A stretch of 64,000 bases of DNA from an uncultured Opitutales bacterium. GTDB lineage: Bacteria; Verrucomicrobiota; Verrucomicrobiia; Opitutales; JBHJGM01. The DNA lies in NCBI GenBank assembly GCA_964405825.1, contig CAYOPI010000008.1, positions 8,309 through 72,308 of the forward strand. The letters run 5' to 3'. Position numbers and translations under genes: made by a program. Under the pieces are notes generated by a model. It was not told the origin of the DNA and did no database searches. It worked only from the letters and a program-made list of their open reading frames with translations. Every line of letters starts with the position of its first letter. Position 1 is the first letter of the stretch. This document shows positions 58,644 through 64,000 of the stretch, piece after piece.

Positions 58644-59411
58644 ATGAAGCATATCGTCCAAGGTACGGCCCTGGCCGCGCTCGTTCTGGTGCCAGCAGCC
58701 GGCGCCGATTCGGTCGAGGCCGTCAAGGAAACCCAGCAGGTCCTCAGCAAATGGGTCGAGATCGAGTCCGAACTTTCTCGCGAGCAGGCCGACTGGCAAC
58801 TGGAGGAGCAGGTCATCGCCGACCGCATCTCCTTGCTCAAGATCGAGATCGCCAGCCTGAAGGAACGCATCGAGCAGGCCGAGGAGCAGGCCTCCGCCGC
58901 CGAGAAAAAGCGCGAGGAGCTGGTCGGTCAGCGCGATTCCCTCCGCGAGGCCTCCAACGCACTGGGCGAGAACATCGGCGAGATGGAAGTGGCGGTGAAG
59001 ACCCTCTACGAGACCTTTCCCGACCCGCTGAAAGAGGAGCTTTCGCCGCTGCGCAACCGCATCCCCGACGACCCCACGACCGTCAAGCAGACGCTGTCGC
59101 TGCGCCTGACCAACGTGGCCGGGATTCTCTCGCAGGCCGACAAATTCAACAACGCGATCAACCTGATCACCGAGGTCAAGGACGCCGGTGACGGCCGCGT
59201 GGCCGAGGTCGAGACTTTGTACTACGGGCTGGGTGGTGCCTGGTTCGTTGACCGGACCGCGACCTATGCCGGCGTGGGCGTCCCCGGGGGCGAAACCGGG
59301 TGGAACTGGACGCAGGCCGACGAGGCCGGTCCGGAAATCCTCAAGGCCATCCGCACCTACCAGAGCGCCGAGGAAGCGGCCTTCGTCACGCTCCCGGTGG
59401 AGATCAAGTAG
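58644..59411 (+). CDS. DUF3450 family periplasmic coiled-coil protein
   Basis: Signal peptide, long coiled coil, then TLYYGLG..FV..LPV; first gene of the TonB cluster. Confidence 0.8.
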   Translation: MKHIVQGTALAALVLVPAAGADSVEAVKETQQVLSKWVEIESELSREQADWQLEEQVIADRISLLKIEIASLKERIEQAEEQASAAEKKREELVGQRDSLREASNALGENIGEMEVAVKTLYETFPDPLKEELSPLRNRIPDDPTTVKQTLSLRLTNVAGILSQADKFNNAINLITEVKDAGDGRVAEVETLYYGLGGAWFVDRTATYAGVGVPGGETGWNWTQADEAGPEILKAIRTYQSAEEAAFVTLPVEIK

Positions 59412-59441
59412 CCTCCTGGCACCTCTTCGGATTCTTCGTTC

Positions 59442-60836
59442 ATGAAACAGCTTTTTCGACTGACCATCCTGGCTTCGCTGCTGGGAGTTTCCACCGCCTT
59501 CGGGCAGTTTCAGCAGCAGGTAAGCGGTCCGGCCCAGGCCCGACTGGATGACGCGCTGGAGCGCCTGGCGGCCTTTCGCGCCGAAGTGGCCGAGGAGAAG
59601 ATCCCGCTGGCGCAGGAACTCAACCAGCTGGAGTCCGAGGTGATCGAGCTGCGCCGCGAGGCCGACCGCAAGGCCCGGGTGCGCGACAGCGCCGATGTGC
59701 GGCTGGACGCGCTGCAGCAGGAGGTCAACGGGTTGCGTGAGCAGGTCGATTTTCTGCGCAACGTGCTGGTGGATTACATCACCGGCCTGGACAGCCTTTT
59801 GCACGTCAGCGAACGCTCCGTTTACGAGGACCGGATCGCATCGGTCCAGGCCAGCGCGACCGACGCCGACCTGACCGAGGCCGAGCAGATTGCGACGCTT
59901 TTCTCCGGCCTGGAGCTGGGGATTGAGCGGCTCTATGAAGTCTCCGGTGGTTCGATTTTTGAGGGCCGGGCGATCCTTCCCGACGGCAATCTGGGCACGG
60001 GCACCTTTGTCCTGATGGGCCCGCAGGCGTTCTTCGTCAGCGGCGATCAGGGGGGGCTGATCCTCACCAGCGAGTCCAAGACACCGCAGCTGATCGACGT
60101 CGCCCCCGTCCGCGAGGCCACGCAGTCGCTGGTGGCGGCCAATGGTTCGGGTGAGCTGGTCTTCGATACGACCGGCAAGGCTCTGGCAATCGAGGCGGCG
60201 AGAGAGAGCGTGATTGAGCACATCGCCAAGGGCGGCTTCTGGGTTTACATCATCATCGCCTTTGGCGTGGCGGCGCTGATTGTCGGCCTGTACAAGGCCG
60301 TTGAGCTGCTCGGGCAAGGCTCGATGAGCCGCCTGAAGGTGCGCGAGATCATGAACCTGGCGGCCGACGGCAAGGCCGAGGAAGCGCTCAATAAGGCACG
60401 TTCGGCCAAAGGGCCCGAGGCCGACATGCTGGCCGAAGGCTTGAAGAACCGCCAGGAGTCACCGGAGCTGCTCGAGGAGATTCTCTTTGAGAAGGTGCTG
60501 GAAACCCAGCCGAAGGTGGAGCGGCTGTTGCCGATGATCGCCGTCATCGCCGCGACCGCGCCATTGCTCGGACTGCTGGGCACGGTCACGGGCATGATCA
60601 AGACCTTCAACCTGATCACCCTCTTTGGCACCGGTGACGCACGTTCGCTTTCGGGCGGTATCTCCGAGGCACTGGTCACGACCGAATTCGGGCTGATCGT
60701 CGCGATTCCCTCCCTCATCCTGCACGCGGTCCTCTGGCGATACAGCCGTCATATTCTGGCGCGGATGGAGAAGTCTGCGGTGGCTCTGCTCAACGCGCTG
60801 CGGCGCACGACGGCGCAGGAAAAGGCGGCGGCCTGA
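59442..60836 (+). CDS. Large MotA/TolQ/ExbB protein (TtpC-like) with N-terminal periplasmic domain
   Basis: Signal peptide, coiled coil, APLLGLLGTVTGMIKTF, GGISEALVTT. Confidence 0.9.
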   Translation: MKQLFRLTILASLLGVSTAFGQFQQQVSGPAQARLDDALERLAAFRAEVAEEKIPLAQELNQLESEVIELRREADRKARVRDSADVRLDALQQEVNGLREQVDFLRNVLVDYITGLDSLLHVSERSVYEDRIASVQASATDADLTEAEQIATLFSGLELGIERLYEVSGGSIFEGRAILPDGNLGTGTFVLMGPQAFFVSGDQGGLILTSESKTPQLIDVAPVREATQSLVAANGSGELVFDTTGKALAIEAARESVIEHIAKGGFWVYIIIAFGVAALIVGLYKAVELLGQGSMSRLKVREIMNLAADGKAEEALNKARSAKGPEADMLAEGLKNRQESPELLEEILFEKVLETQPKVERLLPMIAVIAATAPLLGLLGTVTGMIKTFNLITLFGTGDARSLSGGISEALVTTEFGLIVAIPSLILHAVLWRYSRHILARMEKSAVALLNALRRTTAQEKAAA

Positions 60837-60888
60837 CTCGCTCTTGGGCAGTGTGATGGACGAAGGCGCTTAGACGAATCGAAGCGAC

Positions 60889-61509
60889 ATGATTGAGGTC
60901 ATTGTGGAAACGCTGAAGTCCGGGGGGCTGCTCATGATCCCCCTGGCCCTGCTGGCGGCGCTGATCTACTTTCCACTGTTCTCGCTGTTGCAGTACCAGG
61001 CGCGCCACAACTATTACAAATCCGACTACAACCTGTGGGCACACTGGGTGGACCGGCCCAACGAGGCGCGCGGCGAGGTGGCCGAGATCATTCGCTACTG
61101 CAAGCAGGACGTCAGCTCGGAGAGCCAGATTCGCCGCCACGTGGAGGAGGTGCGCGCGGCGCACCTGCCCCGCATTGACGGGCGCCTGACCTACGTGGCC
61201 ATTCTGGTGGGCACGGCGCCGCTGATGGGCCTGTTGGGCACGGTGGCCGGCATGCTCGCGACTTTCCAGGGGCTTTCGGTGAGCTTTGGCGGCAACACCA
61301 TCGACCTGGTCGCCGGTGGTATCTCCGAAGCCTTGATCACCACACAGACCGGGCTGATCATCGCCATTCCCGCCTACCTGCTGCTTGATGCCGCGCGCAA
61401 GCGGCGCAACGAACTAGCCGTTTTCTTCAATCAGCTTGAAATCCAGCTGCTGAAGAAGACCGTGCACCAGAGCCGACCGCCTTTCCCGCCTCCGACTCCC
61501 ACCCGCTGA
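60889..61509 (+). CDS. exbB: MotA/TolQ/ExbB protein
   Basis: [27 protein letters not shown]. Confidence 0.9.
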   Translation: MIEVIVETLKSGGLLMIPLALLAALIYFPLFSLLQYQARHNYYKSDYNLWAHWVDRPNEARGEVAEIIRYCKQDVSSESQIRRHVEEVRAAHLPRIDGRLTYVAILVGTAPLMGLLGTVAGMLATFQGLSVSFGGNTIDLVAGGISEALITTQTGLIIAIPAYLLLDAARKRRNELAVFFNQLEIQLLKKTVHQSRPPFPPPTPTR

Positions 61510-61514
61510 TTGCC

Positions 61515-61931
61515 ATGGCCATGCGACGACGTTTCACCGGCACCGATGAGGGCAGCAAGGAGATCAACATCTCCCCACTCATCGACATTGTCTTCATCCT
61601 GCTTATTTTTTTCATCGTCACGACGGTCTTCGTCGAGGAGACGGGCGTGGAGGTCAACAAGCCCGACGCGGCCTCCGCCACCGACCTGGACAAGAACACC
61701 ATCCTGATCGCGATCACCGAGGACGACCGGGTGGTCTACGGAGGTCGCGAGGTCGGGCCCACGGGTGTGCGCTCGGTTGTCAAGCGCCTGACCCAGCGCG
61801 AAGACCTGCCCGTGATCATTCAGGCTGACAAGACCGTGCCTACCGAATTGCTCGTGCGGGTGATCGACGAGGCCAAACTCGGCGGCGCCAGCACGGTGAA
61901 CCTTTCCACGGTCATTGGCCAGGGAGGCTGA
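61515..61931 (+). CDS. exbD: ExbD/TolR protein
   Basis: [27 protein letters not shown]. Confidence 0.93.
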   Translation: MAMRRRFTGTDEGSKEINISPLIDIVFILLIFFIVTTVFVEETGVEVNKPDAASATDLDKNTILIAITEDDRVVYGGREVGPTGVRSVVKRLTQREDLPVIIQADKTVPTELLVRVIDEAKLGGASTVNLSTVIGQGG

Positions 61932-61935
61932 CACA

Positions 61936-62622
61936 GTGAGTCAATCCTCGAGGGACAAACTGGAAGGAAGCTACCGCGCGCCGCGCTTTGAGGGGCGGGT
62001 GATTGTCTCGCTGCTGCTGACGGTGCTGGCGGTGGTCGCGATTTTCGGCCTGCTTCCGCTGACCCAGTTGCTTGAAGGCCAGCCCAGCGATCAGATCATG
62101 CTGGCTCCCCTGGACGTGGCGCCCCCGCCGCCGCCCGAACCTCCCGAAACCGAGGAGCCCGAGGAGCCCGAGCGCGTTGACAAGGCCCCCGAGCCCCCCG
62201 CGCCGCCTCCGCCGCCGCTGGACCTCAGGCAGATCGAGCTGGCGCTCAACCCCGGCATTGGCAGTGCGGAAGTGTCCTTTGGCTTTGGTGGATTCGACGT
62301 GGCCCAGGACATGATCAGCAGCATGGATCTCTTTGACGTGGCCGATCTGGATGAGCTGCCGCGTCCGCGCCGGATCGCCCGTGTGCAGGTGCCCATGCAG
62401 ATGAAGCGCGACCGCGTGGGCGGCACCGTGAAGTTTCAGATCATCATCGGCGCCGACGGCCGGGTGGAGGCGATTGAGAAGGTCGTCGAGTCGACCCACC
62501 GGGCGCTGATCGAGCCCTCCCGCGCGGCGTTGCTGCAGTACGTTTTCACCCCGCCGAAGAAGAATGGGCAACCTGTGCGGGCGCGCTACATCTTCCCCGT
62601 GGAGGTGAAGGTCGGCGGCTGA
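61936..62622 (+). CDS. tonB: Energy transducer TonB
   Basis: GTG start with AGGGAGG upstream; TM anchor, Pro-rich spacer, TonB-C domain (GTVKF..ADGRV..FTPPKKNGQPV). Confidence 0.88.
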   Translation: MSQSSRDKLEGSYRAPRFEGRVIVSLLLTVLAVVAIFGLLPLTQLLEGQPSDQIMLAPLDVAPPPPPEPPETEEPEEPERVDKAPEPPAPPPPPLDLRQIELALNPGIGSAEVSFGFGGFDVAQDMISSMDLFDVADLDELPRPRRIARVQVPMQMKRDRVGGTVKFQIIIGADGRVEAIEKVVESTHRALIEPSRAALLQYVFTPPKKNGQPVRARYIFPVEVKVGG

Positions 62623-62663
62623 CCACGCATCCTCTTTCATCCTTTTTTTAAGCATTTTCTGCC

Positions 62664-64000
62664 ATGAAGCGATTTCTCCTCTGTCTTGCCTGCCTCGGCC
62701 CTGCGCTGCCGGCCGCGGCCCAAATCTATCCCCTCAGCGAGAACTCCTGGGACAACCCCGAATTTGTTGAGCGCTTCCGTGGGTCGTTCGGGTTCGACAT
62801 GCGGACAAACCCGAAGATCTCGGCCGAGGAGAAGGCGATCTTCGATCAGGTGGCGCAGATTGCGGGGTCCCAGCCGCAGCAGGCGATCAACCTGTTGGAG
62901 TCGGCGCGCACCCCGGAATCCAGCGGGGCGATCGACTTCATTCTGGGAGCGCTTTACCAGCAGGCCGGCCAGGAGACGCGCGCGATCGCCTCGTACGAGG
63001 CGGCCATCCGCAAGTTCCCCAACTTCCTGCGGGCCTACCGCAACCTCGGGCTGGCCTACGTGCAGCGCAACGAGTTCGAGAAGGCGCTGCCGATGCTGGT
63101 GAAGACGATCGAGAGCGGCGGGGGCGACGGGACTTCGTTCGGGTTGCTCGGCTTCACGCTGCTGAACCTCGAGCGCAACAGCAACGCCCTGGACGCCTAC
63201 CGCATGGCGCTGATCTTCGAGCCCGACAGCAAGGACTGGCGCACGGGCAAGCTCAAGGCGCTGCTCACGCTCAACCAGTACGAAGAGGCCATCGGCATGC
63301 TCTACGAGATGATCGCCGAAGACGGCGACAATCCCGATCTGTGGCTGACCCAGGCCAACGCGTTCCTGGGCTTGGAGGAGGTCGAGCTGGCGGCGGCCAA
63401 CATCAACGTGGCGCGCGCGCTTGGGTTTGAGTCGGCCGAGACGCTCGTGCTGCTCGGAAACATTTACATGAACCGCGAGTTGCCGGCGCTGGCCGCCGAG
63501 CCCTACCTGGCCGCCCTCGACAGTGGCCAGGTGCCCGTCGACCGGGCCGTGCGCCTGGGCGAGACAATGGCCGTGCGTGCCTCGGCGGAGGTCGCCCAGG
63601 GTGTGCTGGACCGCATCCAGAGCCGCTACGCCGACCAGCTCGATGCCAGGCAGGAACTGACGCTGCTCAGCCTCGAGGCCAACATCGCCCTCAACCAAGG
63701 CGAGGAGGACCGCGCGGCCGAGTTGCTGCAGCAGGTCGTCAGCCGGGACCCGACCAACGGGCGAGCGTTGCTGACCCTGGCCGAATACCACGTGAACCGC
63801 GGCGAGGAGGAAAAGGCGATCTTCAACTTTGAGGCCGCGGCGGACGATGAGGATGTCGCGGTGCGGGCCCTGGTGGGCCACGCGCGTCTGCTGATTGGCC
63901 GGCGTGAGTATCGTCAGGCGCTGCAGTTGCTCGAGCGGGCCTATTCGATCGACCCGCGGCGTTACCTGGCCGACTACATTGCGCAGGTTGAAGCGGTGGC
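62664..64000 (+). CDS. Secreted tetratricopeptide-repeat protein, 3'-truncated by the window edge
   Basis: Read by hand from ATG 62664 (MKRFLLCLACLGPALPAAAQIYPLSENSW..). TPR-like helices (AIRKFPNFLRAYRNLG). No stop seen before the window end, which would explain its absence from the ORF track. Confidence 0.85.
   Translation, partial: MKRFLLCLACLGPALPAAAQIYPLSENSWDNPEFVERFRGSFGFDMRTNPKISAEEKAIFDQVAQIAGSQPQQAINLLESARTPESSGAIDFILGALYQQAGQETRAIASYEAAIRKFPNFLRAYRNLGLAYVQRNEFEKALPMLVKTIESGGGDGTSFGLLGFTLLNLERNSNALDAYRMALIFEPDSKDWRTGKLKALLTLNQYEEAIGMLYEMIAEDGDNPDLWLTQANAFLGLEEVELAAANINVARALGFESAETLVLLGNIYMNRELPALAAEPYLAALDSGQVPVDRAVRLGETMAVRASAEVAQGVLDRIQSRYADQLDARQELTLLSLEANIALNQGEEDRAAELLQQVVSRDPTNGRALLTLAEYHVNRGEEEKAIFNFEAAADDEDVAVRALVGHARLLIGRREYRQALQLLERAYSIDPRRYLADYIAQVEAV

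Noticed and set aside
58638-63881. Long minus-strand ORFs (559, 247 and 414 aa) over the TonB cluster
   Set aside because: Antisense shadows. The real gene at the right end is the plus-strand TPR ORF from 62664.

Overview
GC-rich bacterial chromosomal segment, densely coding. The PEP-CTERM protein, fabV, glnS, caa3 oxidase and TtpC-type TonB cluster together suggest Verrucomicrobiota (Opitutae-like); this is an inference. Main blocks: (1) 1-10 kb: hydrolases, a trypsin-like protease, an ABCG-like transporter, radC, a repeat-rich secreted protein and an SLC13 permease. (2) 10-23 kb: a complete caa3-type cytochrome c oxidase operon (ctaC-D-E-F-G), heme A/O synthesis (ctaA, ctaB, DUF420), a blue-copper lipoprotein and a divergent SCO / LolA-like / His-rich three-gene module. 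(3) 23-41 kb: housekeeping genes (glnS, DUF4914, leuC and leuD interrupted by a hicBA cassette, metB, exbBD, fabV, DAACS transporter). (4) 41-51 kb: a Wzx/Wzy polysaccharide cluster with a sulfotransferase. (5) 51-58.5 kb: a purine/urate catabolic operon. (6) 58.6-64 kb: a DUF3450-ExbB-ExbB-ExbD-TonB-TPR cluster. No rRNA, tRNA, CRISPR array or transposase was recognised. The best novelty candidates are the putative copper-delivery module beside the oxidase genes, the TA cassette inside leuCD, a catalytically dead beta-lactamase-fold protein and an operator/micro-ORF element in front of pucG. All family calls come from motif recognition by eye, not database searches.
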